A model generated the notes under the pieces. That model worked only from the letters and a program-made list of their open reading frames with translations. It was not told the DNA's origin and did no database searches. Shown here piece after piece: positions 14,010 to 26,811 of a DNA stretch of 64,000 bases. Source of the stretch: Ginglymostoma cirratum (Eukaryota); the NCBI GenBank assembly GCA_024137785.1, contig JAHRHZ010000022.1:27890377-27954376 (forward strand), read 5' to 3'. A program made the translations under genes and the position numbers. Positions within the stretch are counted from its first letter, which is position 1. Each line of letters opens with the position of its first letter.

Positions 14010-15760
14010 AGGCATGGATCTTGTGTCTTTGCTGTGATGACTTGGAAAGACAAGAGAACAGACAAAGACTGCTTGAACTTTGCTGCCACAGACATTGCAT
14101 AACTAATACCTTCTTTCAGAAAAAAAGCTATGCCAGAGGAGGTTGTGGAGACATAAAGATTAGATGGTTGACACAAGTGCACCTGATCATTGCCAGACAA
14201 GTGTCTGAACAGCGTTCTTAGCATGCAGCAGTGTGTGGTTAGTGGGTTAACCACTAAGTACCTGGTCTTGACCCTGCTGCAATTGTAGGTAGCATCCATT
14301 TTAACGAGCAGCTGTGGTGCTGACTGTGGTGCAGGTCATGCCCTGGTATGCACCAGAGTGAGGATTCAACTCTAAATCTTTTCAAACAAAGTGGAAATGC
14401 TGTCTTCCTCATCAGGCATGCTGCCCACCCATGTAAAAACCAACAGTCTAACTTGATTGAACAAGCACTTTTTCACACAGTGTGGAAATGAAATGTAGAG
14501 ATGCCACATATACTTCTGTACTGTCAACACACGGGAAGCAATCACTGGAAAATATTGTTTTGATGCTAATACCATTGGAATCTGTCATTTAAGCCAAATA
14601 ATAATTAATTACGAGAACGATCTGGCAAAAAGACTCCGAATTTTTCTCTCATACCCACTTGAGGTACAGTCCAATAGACTGCCTGTCACTGTACCAGTGA
14701 CTACTGGTTGCATCTTCGCCAGAGTATCCAGGTGCCTGATGCACAGTTTGGGCATGTATGAAGGGGGTCAAAAAGGCACCAGGTCCATCAGCGGAGAAAA
14801 TGGCTCCATGGAAAACCACGACGAGAAATGATGGCCAACTACAAAAAATATTTGGTGAGATCGATGACTCGTGGTAATGTTCCATTCTTTAGAATTTCCT
14901 CAATGACCATGTTCTCCCTAGACTGCCAAGAAGCCGCTTCAGCGAAATGGATACAGTGTCTCATGCCTAAAAAGAGTGCCGCCTGACCATGAACGTTGGA
15001 AGATAAATACTGTGTTGTGGGATGCTGTCATATCAAAGTGTGTCAGCATTGTTAGTTTGAAGCCTGAGGTTGGGTTGTTTGTTTGTTTCACATATCTAGC
15101 CCCTACAGTTAACAGCAATTTGTCACTTGATACTGAAATGAACACTCGTTGCAAAATTAGCAGCTTTTCAGACCAAGCTCAGGGTGTGTCTGTCCATCCT
15201 TCCTGTGAGTCCTCCAAGCCTGTGCCCTTAGTGCAGGCCGCTATAATGGTGAGACTGGTATAACATACACTAGGTTGGAGAAAAGTGTGAATGCCCCTTT
15301 CTTTGTCTCCTCTGTAAGCTTAGCATTTTTTGGTGCAAGTTTACCAGATTGATGTCCTGGAGCATGCTGATTCCATTAGCATACATTTTTGACTCAGTCA
15401 ATGATACCTGCACTGGTCTGGCCACGTACATTTGAAGGGATGGTGGCCATATACCCAAAGACATTGTGTATAGTAAACTGGTCATTGGCTATTGAGCCCC
15501 TGTGTATCCATACCTCTAATACAAGGACATCTGCATGCAAGCTTGAAGATAGTTGACGTTGACAGTGACAACTGGCAGACAAATGAAGGCGATGACATCT
15601 GGAGTCTGACTGGAGCACTGTTGGAAGAAGTGAACAAAAGCAAGATGCTTAACTGGCTACAGAGGGGACCCAGAGTGAACAGAGGCTAGTGAATGGTGCC
15701 CTGTCTTAGCCCACTGATTTCCTATGCAGCAGAGACTTCTCATGCTGGAGAGCTGTGTAT
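14010..15760 (+). mobile_element. Highly degraded RTE-clade LINE
   Basis: Endonuclease remnant NRQRLLELC..CITNTFFQ (ORF 14021). C-terminal remnants LHWSGHV and IPKDIVYSKL around 15410-15480. Confidence 0.65.
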
Positions 15761-15827
15761 TTGCAGCTTGGAGGTCATGGGGCAGATTGTTAACCTGTCT
15801 TGGTTTTGTGTGTGGCTGTGTTTCGGG

Positions 15828-17330
15828 TGCATAGGAACAGAAGCAGGCTGTTCAGTCCACTGAGTCTACTGTGCCATTTAATACAATCATGGCAGATCTA
15901 ACCCTTCAGTGTCATTTACTCACGCCCATCCCCTTAACTCTAGGCCTTTGGCAGTCAAATCTATCAATATCTACTTTAATCATACTCAAAGACTGAGCCT
16001 TCATGGCCTGCTGGGGTAGAGAGTTACAAAGATTCACAATCTTTTTCAGTGAAAAGAGATGCAAAGTAATCATTTAGCTTCTCTGCTATTCTCTATTCCC
16101 TAATATAACTTCACCTGACTCTGCTTATGATGAACCCACATCTTTCTCAGCTGAATGTTTTATTTTACATTCTACAAAAGATTTTACAGTCCATTTTTTG
16201 TTTTTGCTAAATTATGTAAGTATTTTAGTTTCCCTTTTCTTATCTTTTGTCTTCGTTTGCTATAATCTTAAAAAAATACTCCCAATCCTCAGATTCTGGT
16301 TTTCTGGCAACTTTACAAGTCTTTTTTAAACTTACCCATTTCGTTAACATTCTTTGAGCTTTTGCACCTTGAAGAAATTTAGAGTTGCTGTAAGTCATGC
16401 AGTAGTTCTTTTGAAGACTATGGCCAACGTACTATCGTACCTTAATGTATTTTTCCAGTCCACCTTAGCAAATTTGTGCCTCTCATCTCCATAATTTCCC
16501 TTATTCAAATTTGACATCCTTGCATCAGTTTGAACAACATAACCTGTCAAACACAATGTAAAATTCTGAGAACTGGTCCCAATACCTCAAATCTGATGCC
16601 CTCCTTCCATCAGTTGTCTTGATTTTATGTTTAATGTACATGGTGCTAGGAATTTTTAATTTCTTTCCTGTTTGCCTGAATTCTGCTTTCAGGACCTCTT
16701 CTCTCTTCCTAGTTGTGTTGGTGGTACCAATATGGGCTACATTACCAGTCCTCCTTTGTCTGCATGCTTCTAACCTGTGATGTAACCACTTCCCTATACA
16801 TATTTGCATAGTCCTTTGCCTCAGTAACGCACCACAGACTCTTGTCACTTCTGAAGTTCCAAAGCCTGGAGCTGATGATGTTGCCTGCAGATGTGTTTGT
16901 CTGGGACACGTGGTATGTCTGTGACTTCTGACATATCCCAGGATGCACTTCTCTTCACCCAGTCGATCTACCGTCCTGTGACTCTAAAGCCTCATTGTTA
17001 TCCTTGAATAAGTGTAAAAACCTTTGTTTCAGTTGCATTAACTTTATTTTTGTTTGGTTTACTTTAACTTGATTTAACTTCCTTTTTGGTGGTGTTTTTA
17101 TTGAAATCCAAGTTGCTACTACTACAGTTCGTTATACATTTTTTCTAGTTTTAAGCTATTTAAAATCACTCCCTAACAGCAGCTTCTCACCAGCCAGAGC
17201 ACTTTGTAGGAAACTAAGTCACACTTAACTTGGGTGTCAAGTAGCTTTGTTGAGGTGTCTCCCACAAGTCTGATTGTCTCTGTCTCTCTTCCCAGAAGAT
17301 GAGCGAAGGCCCTGAGCCTTGCCCCCCTCT
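15828..17330 (-). mobile_element. Degraded, internally deleted CR1 LINE
   Basis: 3' tail reverse (cataggaacagaagcaggctgttcagtcc) at 15830; ORF2 and probable ORF1 remnants (gtgttggtggtaccaatatgggctac) further right. Confidence 0.6.
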
Positions 17331-17419
17331 TTATTCACTGTCCGAGTAGTCTACTGTAGGTCCAGCTGTGTTTTCTCCTATCTATATCAGCCCAAAGTTG
17401 TAAAAAAAAACAAAACTTG

Positions 17420-17740
17420 CTTTCTAGGTAATGAAGTAGTTTTGAAGTGTAATCACTGATTAATGTAGGAAGCATGGCAGCCAATTTGTATATACCAAAC
17501 ACCCATATACAGCAATTTGGTAATTTCAAGCAATTGTGTGAGATGTTTATGAACAGTGTCCACAATATAAGGGATAACTATGACTGCCAGTTCCTTACAT
17601 TAATTCTCAACTGAAAGGTATTTCTGCCAATATAGCACTCACTCAGTACTGATACTGGAATATCAGGCCTTATTTTTCTGCTCAATCTGAACCCAGAACC
17701 ATCTGAATCTTAAGTTGGGTGTGTTGTGAACTGAGCATGG
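17420..17740 (-). mobile_element. Deu-domain SINE (SacSINE1/AmnSINE1-like)
   Basis: aatgaagtagttttgaagtgtaatcactg..taatgtaggaagcatggcagccaatttg is the reverse of the DeuSINE 3' part; tRNA-like head at the right end. Confidence 0.65.
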
Positions 17741-18040
17741 CAGACATGCAAATTTTAGATGGCAGTTGACCTGTCTAATCTTGATCCGGCACTTAACTAT
17801 CATATGATCTCTGGCTATTTCTCTGATTTTACTACTTTGTTTGTCCTTCACAACATTTTAATGCTTTGTCAGTCCCACTATGTTCCATTATCAAGAAGGC
17901 AAAATTATAGAACCACAGCTGTAATTGTTTCAGTTCTCCCTTTTGTATCAAGTGCATGCTTTGATAAGCTTTATGTTGATGTTACTATGTGAACCTGTTA
18001 ATTTGAGGGTTGGCAGCTACATTTTTACCTCTCCACCTGT

Positions 18041-18266
18041 AAAGGTGAAGTTGCCAGAATCCCAATGGACCAAAGAACAGTTTTCTCATTAGTGAGAGAA
18101 AACTAGTAGTGGTTAAACTTGAGGGTCATCACACCTAAGGTGAGGGGAGAATTTGAGAAGGAATGTTCTTCAGGGTAACCTCAGCTGGTGCAGAAATTGA
18201 ACCCATTCTGTTGGCATCACTCTCCTTCACACATCAGCCGTCCAGCCAACCTAGCTGATTGACCCC
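18041..18266 (-). mobile_element. tRNA-derived SINE (family also at 38012 and 58370)
   Basis: Reverse begins ggggtcaatcagctaggttggctggacggctg..gggttcaatttc (A/B boxes); body tgaccctcaagtttaaccact. Confidence 0.75.
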
Positions 18267-18389
18267 AATATCAGTAGAGACCTTGAACAGATACTTGGTG
18301 TCTTGATATGGAAATGGTGGAGATTGTGATATCAACAGATGCAAGAAAGATTTGTTGTAATGAGTGGCAGCAGAAACCTACATGCATCG

Positions 18390-19605
18390 CAATAGGCTGG
18401 TACCAAATAATACTATCCTTTCCCTGCTCCATGATGACATGGAAGCTGTGTTAATGACAAATTGCTCCACCACCAACCTATTCCCTGTTTGGACCGGTGT
18501 CAAATAGGGCTGCATCATTGCTCCAATACTGTTCTTGATCTCCCTTGGTGCAATGCTTCACTTCACTGCTAACAAGCACCCTGCTGGAGTAGAGTAAACT
18601 TGCTGGACCTGTGGGAAATTATTCAACCTCTGCTACCTTCAAGCCAAAACCAATGTTAGCCCAACCAGTGTCATCAAACTGCAGTACACAGATGATGCTT
18701 GTGTATGTGCACTCTGAGGATATACTCCAGACAATCGTCAGCTTTATGGAGGCATATGAGAGCATAAGTCTTACTCTGAACATCCATACGATGAAGGTCC
18801 TCCATTAACCTGGCTTGGAGCAAACCCTGGGCTCATCAAGGTCCATGGGGAGGCCTTGGAAAATGTTGACCACTTCCAATACCTCAAGCATCTTGTCCAA
18901 AGCAGCAAGGGTGCTAGCACAGCCTTTGGCCGCCTGAGGAAAAGGGTGTTTGAGAACAACAACATCAGATCCGACACCAGGATCAAGGTTTATGGAGCTG
19001 TGGTGGTTCCCGGTCACCTATATAGCTCTGAGATGTGGTCTGTCTACAGCAGACACCTCATGGCACTGGAGCAGTACCACTAACACTGCCTGCGCAAGAT
19101 ACTGTGAATCCACTGGGAAGAAAGGCACACCAACAGTGTCCTCGACCAGGCCAATGTCCCCAGCATGGAGGCACTGACCACCCTTCATCGGCTGGGTACG
19201 TTGTCCCCATGACTGACACGAGACACCCCATGCAGGTGCTGTATTCCCAGCTTTGAAATGGCAGCTGGGCCCCAGATAGACAGAGGAAGCTCTTCAGTGG
19301 TACCCTCAAGGCCTCACAGGTAAAGTGTGGCATTCCCGCAGACAACTGGGGTTCACTGGCCCAAAGTGGAGGAGGAGCATCCGGGAATGTGTCAAGAACC
19401 TTGACTTGCCATTGGGAAAACAAATGGAAGCGAGGCGAAAACAGTGAAAGGAGCGCAGTGCAACACTGGTGCCCTGACCACCCCTTTGTGTGATGACCAC
19501 CTGCCTTCAGAGCCCATGGTAGCCACATTGGTCTGTACAGCCACCTACATGCTCACCCTGAGTGTGGAAGAGTCTCCTCCATCTGGGAGGAACTGCTGAG
19601 GAGTA
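18390..19605 (+). mobile_element. RTE (BovB-like) LINE, 5'-truncated
   Basis: LLHDDM..TGVK*GCIIAPILF, QYTDDA, and ORF 18856 ENVDHFQYL..ASTAFGRLRKRVFENNNIRSDTRIKVYGAVV..LEQYH. Confidence 0.85.
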
Positions 19606-19706
19606 TAAGTACCAAATGATAGTAATTGTCATTCTAATGAAAATTTTGCTAAATAATTCTGAACAAGTCTGCTAGGTTAGGATTGAACTGACCTGTACTT
19701 GATAGT

Positions 19707-19809
19707 AACAAAAACAGAAGTTGCTGGAAAAGCTCAGCAGTCTGGCAGTGTCTGTGAAGAAAAAAAATCAGAGTTAACATCTTGGGTCCTCTGATCCTTC
19801 CTCAGAACT
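19707..19809 (-). mobile_element. Penelope-like terminal unit, decayed hammerhead core, 15-bp target duplication
   Basis: Reverse begins gttctgaggaaggatcagaggaccc. Flanks cctgtacttgatagt (19692-19706) and cctgtactacatagt (19810-19824). Confidence 0.75.
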
Positions 19810-19817
19810 CCTGTACT

Positions 19818-20625
19818 ACATAGTCACAGATCGACAGTTAGAAAGCGTGGAATCGGTCCTTTTGGTCTAACTTGTCCGTGTTGACCAGCTGTCTTAAACT
19901 GACCTGGTCCCATTTGTCAGCATTTGGCCATATCCCTCTAAACCCTTCCTATTTATGTTTTCATCCAGATTTCTTTTAAATGTAATTGTAGCTGCTGCCT
20001 CCACTTCCTCTAGCAGCTTGTTCCATATATGCGCCACCCTCTGCATGAAAATGTTGCATCTCAGATCCCTTTTAGATCTTTCTACTCTTACCTTAAACCT
20101 TTGCCCTCTAGTTTTGGGCTTCCATGTCCTGAGTTAAAGACTTTGTCTATTTACCCTATCCCCATTTGCCCCTCATGATTTTATAAACCTCTCTAAGGTT
20201 GCCCCTCAGTCTCCTACACTCCAGGGGAGAAACGCCATAGCCTATTCGGCCTCTCCCTGTAGCTCAAACCCTTCAATCCAGGTAATATCTTTGTAAATCT
20301 TTTCTGAACCCTTTCACATTTAACAACATCTTTCTTATAGCAGGGAGGCCAGAATTGAACGCAAATTCCAAAAGTGGTCTCACCAATGTCCTATACAGCT
20401 GCACCACGACCCCTCAACTCCTACATTCAGTGCACTGACCAATGAAGGGAAACATGCCGAATGCCTCCTTCACTACCCTGTCTAACGGTGACTCCACTTT
20501 CAAGGAATGAAACTCCTGCACTCCTAGGTTCCTTTGTTCAGCAAAATTCCCCAAGGCCCTGTCGTTAACTGTATATATCCTGCTCTGATTTCCCTTACCT
20601 CTTACCAAAATACAATACTTCACAT
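19818..20625 (-). mobile_element. CR1 (HER1-like) LINE 3' portion
   Basis: Well-preserved reverse CR1 ORF2 C-terminus (ORF 20414 EQRNLGVQ..SLKVESPLDRVVKEAFGM) and tail. Confidence 0.85.
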
Positions 20626-22224
20626 TCAGCAAGTGGCAGATAGGGTTTAATTTAAATAACATTGGATTCCTACCGGAAAAAATATGTTATTTGGTGCACC
20701 GGTGAAGAAACTGACCACTACTTATGTAAAATTTCCATTGAAGTGCTTTTATAAAGTTGATAAGCAGGTCATTTTGTCATATTTATTTATGCCACCGTCT
20801 GATCGAGGCAAGGAAGAAAATGCGATCGGCATTGGTGCTGTGTAGTTAACAAGGCAATCAAATCTGCAGAGGTTGCTTCAGGATTGATAATTCAGTTGGC
20901 TAATTAAATGCTCTGAGTCGCACTGGGAACTTAATTGCCAAAATCATTGTAGGACTGGTAGAGATCAAGAATAACCTCGGTTCCTGTTGGTTTACAGCTT
21001 GTTTTGTTTTTTTGAATGACAGTTGCAAGGTTTGTATGTAAACAGTATTCATTTATCAGCATTACTTGGTGTTCATCAAAGGGGCAATTGGGGCAATTGC
21101 ACAAGATGGTTTCAGAGCTTCATAAGATGTTTGAGATTCAGACATGATGTTTTTTGGAAATGAACTGGTTCTGTCTTTTTCTTAGCTTTTCAGAGGTTGA
21201 TGCTATGTGTGTACATTAGAGATAATTACAGGTTGGTTGGCAAATAGCTTGTTCCCACTCTCTCCTCATTTGATTCATCACTGTAGTCTGTCAGTATCTG
21301 ATTATTTGATCCACCTTTTTGCTGTGTCTTTTGGGGATTGGTTGTCTTTGCTTTCTGTAATCGTAATTGGCACATTTATATTGTAGAGTGGACAGGATGG
21401 AATGTACATTAGATTGTACAGAGATTCAGCTTGCAGTCTTGTGGTCCTTGTGAACAATAATCAAAGAAAGTCAAAGTGTTGTATTTTGGATGTGGAATTT
21501 GATGCAGTTAACTCCAACTAAACTATTCCAAAGCACCTGCTCTTAAGTAAATTATAATGATATTATACCTGGTGAAAAAAGTAAAATGGAAAAATTGTGG
21601 GTGGTAACCCTGATATTATAAATATGACTGTAGTGGGGTAAAGGTTCGACTTGAAAGAGCACAGAATCAGTTTGGTAAATGAAAAAACACGGTTTATGTG
21701 TTTAACACAGTTTATATGTTGCCTTGGCATATTGTTATAATATACTATAACTGCTCCGTCATATGGATGAGATAAACCAAACTGGCAAGCACTCGGCGAA
21801 TGTGTTCGTGGAATGAATTTGAGGCAGTATCCTTGAATAACACATCATGGTATAAACCAGGTCAGGCAATTTCTATTTTACCTTGTGTAGTGTAATGCAG
21901 TGTTAGTTTAATCATTTCTTTGATCTTCTGGGCATGAAAGATTGTGATATGATAGAATGAATTTTAGAGTGGCAGAATTGAGCCAAAAGCCAGAGTATTG
22001 AATTTCAATCAGATACATAGGGTGAGAATCAAAGTTGGCTAAGTAGATGGAAAGTTAGATTAAAAGGCATAATTGTAGGGGAGTAATGACAAGCATTTAA
22101 TGAACTACAGCTTTGTCACGATTTTCTCTGAATTTATATTCATTGAGAAGTTAAACCTCCGTGGAAAGAGTGGTTCGGCCCTGGCTAATTTAAGAGCTGA
22201 GTATCGACCGCCTGGACTTATAAG

Positions 22225-22740
22225 GCACCTTTAACACATTACAGCATCTTGAGGAGCTTCACAGAGGCATAAAAGAAAAATCAGAGCACCAGGAGATGTT
22301 GGGGCAGATGACAATTTTGATCAGACATATAGGTTTGGGGAGTATTTTGAGGGAGGAAAGTAAGGTGGAGAGGTTCTGTGGAGGAGAATTTTGGTGCTTA
22401 AGGTGGAGAGGTAGAGAGGAGGAATTCCAGTGCTTTAATGCCCAGGCAGTCAAAAGAATGGTGATTGGCAATGCTGTAATTAAATGTTAAGAATGCTGTG
22501 TCAGCTTGAACTAAATTGGTGTAATATGTTTCAGAAGATTTATAGAGTGAGAAATGAGACTCTAAAGGGATCTGAAGACCAGAATGAGAATTTTGCAGTT
22601 GACTTGGCTCCTAAATAAGTAGTGTAGATCACCAAACTCGACGTTATTGGTGAACAGGACCTGGGGTGAGTTGGGGCAAAGGCAACAGGGTTTTCAGAGT
22701 AAAATGGGAAAGGCCAGCCAGTTGAATTCTGGAAAGTACA
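22225..22740 (-). mobile_element. Degraded L2-type LINE 3' region
   Basis: ORF 22259 (-) includes LKHWNS..LSTLLSSLKILPKPICL, resembling the L2 ORF2 end (LWNSLP..FK..LKT.LF). Confidence 0.5.
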
Positions 22741-22781
22741 AAACTTAGTTATGCTAATTTTAATCAGAGAAAACGCGTGAG

Positions 22782-22900
22782 TAACGCAAGGACTGCAGCC
22801 GTTAAAGACAGCAACTCACCTCTACCTTCTTGCTGACAATAAAGGACGGGTAATAAATCCTCATTTAGCCGCTGACACCCATATCCCATAAATAAAAAAG
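22782..22900 (+). mobile_element. Family A LINE 3' tail
   Basis: ggactgcagccg..gggtaataaat..gacacccatatcccataaataaaaa, matching 13170-13285. Confidence 0.7.
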
Positions 22901-23025
22901 AACCTGATCGTCCAATAACCTTTCATGGAGCACCTATTGAATGGAAATGATAGCAGTTATGTTACATCCAATGGCTCGTCTTTATCTACTGTTCGTTGCA
23001 TTCTCAAAAACAGGTTGGTCAGTAA

Positions 23026-23138
23026 GAGAGATAATAGGTACTGCAGATGCTGGAGAATCCGAGATAACAAGGTGTGGAGCTGGATGAACACAGCAGGCCG
23101 AGCAGGAAAGCTTGACGTTTCGGGCCTAGACCCTTCAT
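23026..23138 (-). mobile_element. Penelope-like terminal unit truncated inside the hammerhead core
   Basis: Reverse reads (t)atgaagggtctaggcccgaaacgtcaagc..gattctccagcatctgcagtacctattatctc, near-identical to 37161-37287. Confidence 0.85.
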
Positions 23139-23876
23139 AAGATTTCCCTTTTTGGAAAATTATGTTGATCTGCCTAATTTTCTAAGTTCTTTTAACAGGT
23201 TCTTAATGAATCTGTGCCCTTCCTCTGACAACGTGAAGTTAGTTTAACTGTCATGTACTTTCCAGTTTTCTCCCTCCTTCAGTCTATTCAGCAGTGATGC
23301 TACATTTTCTACATCCACACAAGACTTAAAACCAATTTCATTATCCCATCAGCCACCTCCTTTAGAATGTGGGAACGTTAGCTGTTGGACCAAAGCAATT
23401 TCGACATAGAGCCAATTAATTTCACCGATATTTTCTCTTTTTACTAAAATTAATCTTGGTTCCACACTCTTAATACTCTTGGTTTCCTAATTGTTCTGTT
23501 TTGTATTTTTACTCTGATGACAAAGTACTCTGATTATTGACTCTGGTATTCCACTGTTCCCCAGCATAATTTCACTGTCTCAGTGTGAAAAAGGATCTCC
23601 ATTTATGTTTTGCTACTTTCTTATTCCATCCTCAAGCCTCCACAGTGTTTCCTGTGTTAAAATTGAGATTGCACTTTAAAAAGTATGCAGTTTGTTGTCT
23701 TGGAAATTGATTTGAGATGTTCTGTGATTTTGAAAGGTGAGAATAAATGTGAAATGAACCTTTTTTTTTAAAAAAGATATTTCTTGCTGGTTTTCTCATT
23801 TTATTTTCTTCACTTCCTCTTTTAGCCCAGAACTCTTCTCAGTGCGCTGGCATAGGATGCCCTCTGCTGTTAGCAA

Positions 23877-24182
23877 GGGACAGCATGGTGGCACAGTGGT
23901 TGGCACTGCTGCCTCATAACACCAGGGGCCCAGGTTCAGTTACAGTCTTGGGTGTCTGTGGAGTTTGCACGTTCTCCCTGTGTCTGTGTGGGTTTCTGCC
24001 AGATACTCTGGTTTCCTCCAGAAGTCCAAGATGTACAAGTGAGGTGGATTGGCTGTGTTAAATTGCCCTGTGGTGTCCAGGCTGGTGGATTAGCCTTGGT
24101 TAATGTAGGGATACGGGGATAGGATGGGGCTGTCATGATGGGCTGAATGGCCTTCCTGCATTGTGGATTCTTTGAGTTCCTA
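23877..24182 (+). mobile_element. HE1-type V-SINE
   Basis: ggtggcacagtggttggcactgctgcctca head, V domain, CR1-like tail. Confidence 0.85.
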
Positions 24183-24194
24183 GATTTTGATAAA

Positions 24195-25850
24195 GCTACA
24201 GTGATGGAACGGTGATATCGTTCCAAATCAGGATGGCCTATTATTTGGAGGGCAACTTGCAGGTAGTGGCTTATCGTTGTCCTCCTAACTGGTAGAAATG
24301 TTGTTGGAGGACCATTGAGTAACTATAATGCCACCAATGCATACTTCTGTTGGAGTAAATGTTGGAAGTGGAGGATGGATTGCCAGTCAAGCAGACTGCT
24401 TTATTCTGGATTGTATCATGCTCCTTGATTGTTGTTGGAACTGGAATCATCCAGGCAAGTTGAGTATTCCTTCACACTACTGACTGGGGCCATGTAGATG
24501 TTGAACAAGCTTAAGGGAAGCAGGAGGGGAGTTATTCACTGCGTAATTCCTAGCCTCTGTCCTGCTCTTCTAGTCATTGGATTTTTATAGTTGGTACAGT
24601 GTCTGGTCATTGGTAACTCCCAATGCATTGAGAGATTCAGCAATAATGATGCCATGGGACTTTAAGGCGTCATGTTAAATTTTCTCTTGCTTAAGATGGT
24701 CATGAATGTTACTTGTCTCTTATCAGCCCAAGCCTGTATGTCTAACTGCAGCACCTGAGGAGCTAAGAACGATGCTGAACATTGTGTAGTCACCTATGAG
24801 CGATCTATTTACGACCATATGATGGAAAGTCACAGATGAAGCAGCTGAAGTTGATTTGGTCTAGAGCAATAGCCAGTGAAATGGACCTCTTGCGGTGCAG
24901 TGGTTATCTCTATATCTGAGCCAGGGGACCTGTGTTCAAGTCCAATCTACTCCCGAGGTGTGTTATAACATCTCTGAACAGATTGATTAGGGGGTGAAAT
25001 GCCTAGATTGTGGAATGGGGCTCATGTGTAGTAATGTCCCAGCGTCTGAGCCAGGAGGTTTGGTTTCAAGTTCCACTTGCTCCAGAGCCATGTAATAGCA
25101 TCCCTGAACAGGTTGATTTTTAAAAAAGTCTAGCCAACAGAGTGCCTGTGGTGATGTTCCGCAACTGAAATTATTGCGCCCTAACGGCCACCTTTTTTTT
25201 TGTGCTGAGTATGTCTCTGACCAGTGGAGAGTTTTCCCTTGATTCCTGCTGTCTAAAGTTTTGCTAAAGCTCCTGGAGGCCATATTTCTTCAAATGCTAC
25301 ACTGATGTTGAGGGCCATTTCTGGAGTGTTCCAGCTGTTTGCATGTTTGTACTAAGGCTGTTTAATGAGGCCAGGAACCATGTGGCCCTGATTGGACCTA
25401 ATCTGAGCATCAGTGAACAGGTATTCCTTTGTAATTGTTGCTTGATAGCCCTGCTCAGATTCTTTTTATCACTGAAGCAGTGAAAGCTAAGGGCAATAAT
25501 TGACTGGGTTAGATTTATCCTACTCCGTGTATAAGACAAACCTGAACAATTTCCCACATGTTCAAGTGGGTGCTAGTGTTGTAGCTGCACTGGAATGGCT
25601 AGTTCTCGAGCAGATCTTTAGGTGTTGGTATGCAATGTCTTCTGTTTCTTGATACCATTGTGGAATGGAATAAATTGAGTAGGTTGAGAAGTGACAGTTA
25701 TGATGCTGAGGGCCTCAGGCAGACATTGGTCATATACTCAACACTACGGCTGAAGGTAGATGCAGATGCTACAGCCTTGTCTTTTGCACTAATAAGCTGG
25801 GCTGTCTTACTATTGAGGATGAAGATATTTGTGGGATCTCCACCTCCAAA
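24195..25850 (-). mobile_element. Degraded family A LINE containing two short SINEs
   Basis: Reverse match to 11745-13285; ORF 24987 (-) includes GKTLHWSETYSAQKK. Confidence 0.7.
24883..25127 (+). mobile_element. Two tandem ~110-bp tRNA-derived SINEs (24883-24990, 25017-25127)
   Basis: Each has ggtgcagtgg/gtagtaatg..tctgagccagg..ttcaagt..ctcc.gag..taacatctctgaacag.ttgatt-like sequence; same family at 30464, 57009, 63916. Confidence 0.75.
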
Positions 25851-25929
25851 GCAAAAACAGTTGAAACCCCTGACATTAAAGAATAAAAAAACTTCGTGAC
25901 TGCCAAAAACCCCAAAGATGAAGAGAAAG

Positions 25930-26810
25930 TGAGCATTGTGCCCAAGTTAACTAAGGTCAGAGTGCTGGGTAGGAAATTAAGCTGTTAGGAAGGAGTGCAG
26001 AACCTGCAATGATACATCTAGATAATTTAACTGAGTAGACAGGAGAGTGGCAGCTGGATTATCATGTGGAAAAATATGTGGCTATTCACTTTGGTAGGAG
26101 TTTTTTTGCATATTTGAGAGATTTGTGGTGCCTGTTCATGAAACAATGTTAACCCTACAGCTTCAGCAAATAATTATGAAGGCAGTGGCACATTAGCCTT
26201 TTAATGTGAGGTGTTTGGAGTACAGGAGATCTGCTATAATACATGTTTTGTTAATGTGAATTGGCATTAACGTGATTGAATAGTGGATGCTGTTTATATA
26301 ACGCAAACTTTCTACTGTACAGGTATGGTGATTTTCTATAGTGGGAGGTAACACAACGCAACTGTCGTGTTATAGGAGAACCACCTGTATTGAGCAAGGA
26401 TATATTGTTACATTGTACTGGGATTTGCCGAGATCGCATCTGGAGTTATGAGTACCATTCTAGTTTCCCTACCCAAAGAAAGATATATTTACATTTTGAG
26501 GACATGCAAGAACAATCACTTGGTCTGTTTTGAGTTGAGACAGTTGCTGTGATGAGAGATTACATAACATTGGCCTATGTTCTTTGGAGGAATGAGAAGA
26601 AATTGCATTGAAGCATAGATTGAGAAAAGTTGATGGGTGAATGCAGATGGCTGTTTTCCCCATCTGGAAAATTTGGGGATCAAGTGGTGGTGTAGTTGCT
26701 GGATAAGGGGGTGACCATTTAGGAATCAGATAAGGAACAATTTCTCCACACGGTTCTGACCCTGAGGAATTTTCCAACCAGTGGGTTGTGGCTCCTTAGT
26801 TATTGAATAA
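25930..26810 (+). mobile_element. Degraded CR1 LINE with a nested MITE
   Basis: CR1 ORF2 C-terminal remnants (gagtggcagctggattatcatgtgg, ccatttaggaatcagataagg). Confidence 0.65.
26223..26387. mobile_element. Tc1/mariner (Tigger/pogo-like) MITE
   Basis: Imperfect TIRs CAGGAGATCTGCTATAA / TTATAGGAGAACCACCTG, with TA on both sides (26221-22, 26388-89); it splits the CR1 sequence. Confidence 0.65.
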
Positions 26811-26811
26811 A

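Noticed and set aside
19058-19528. 156-aa minus-strand ORF, the longest in the window
   Set aside because: Antisense shadow of the RTE LINE coding region.
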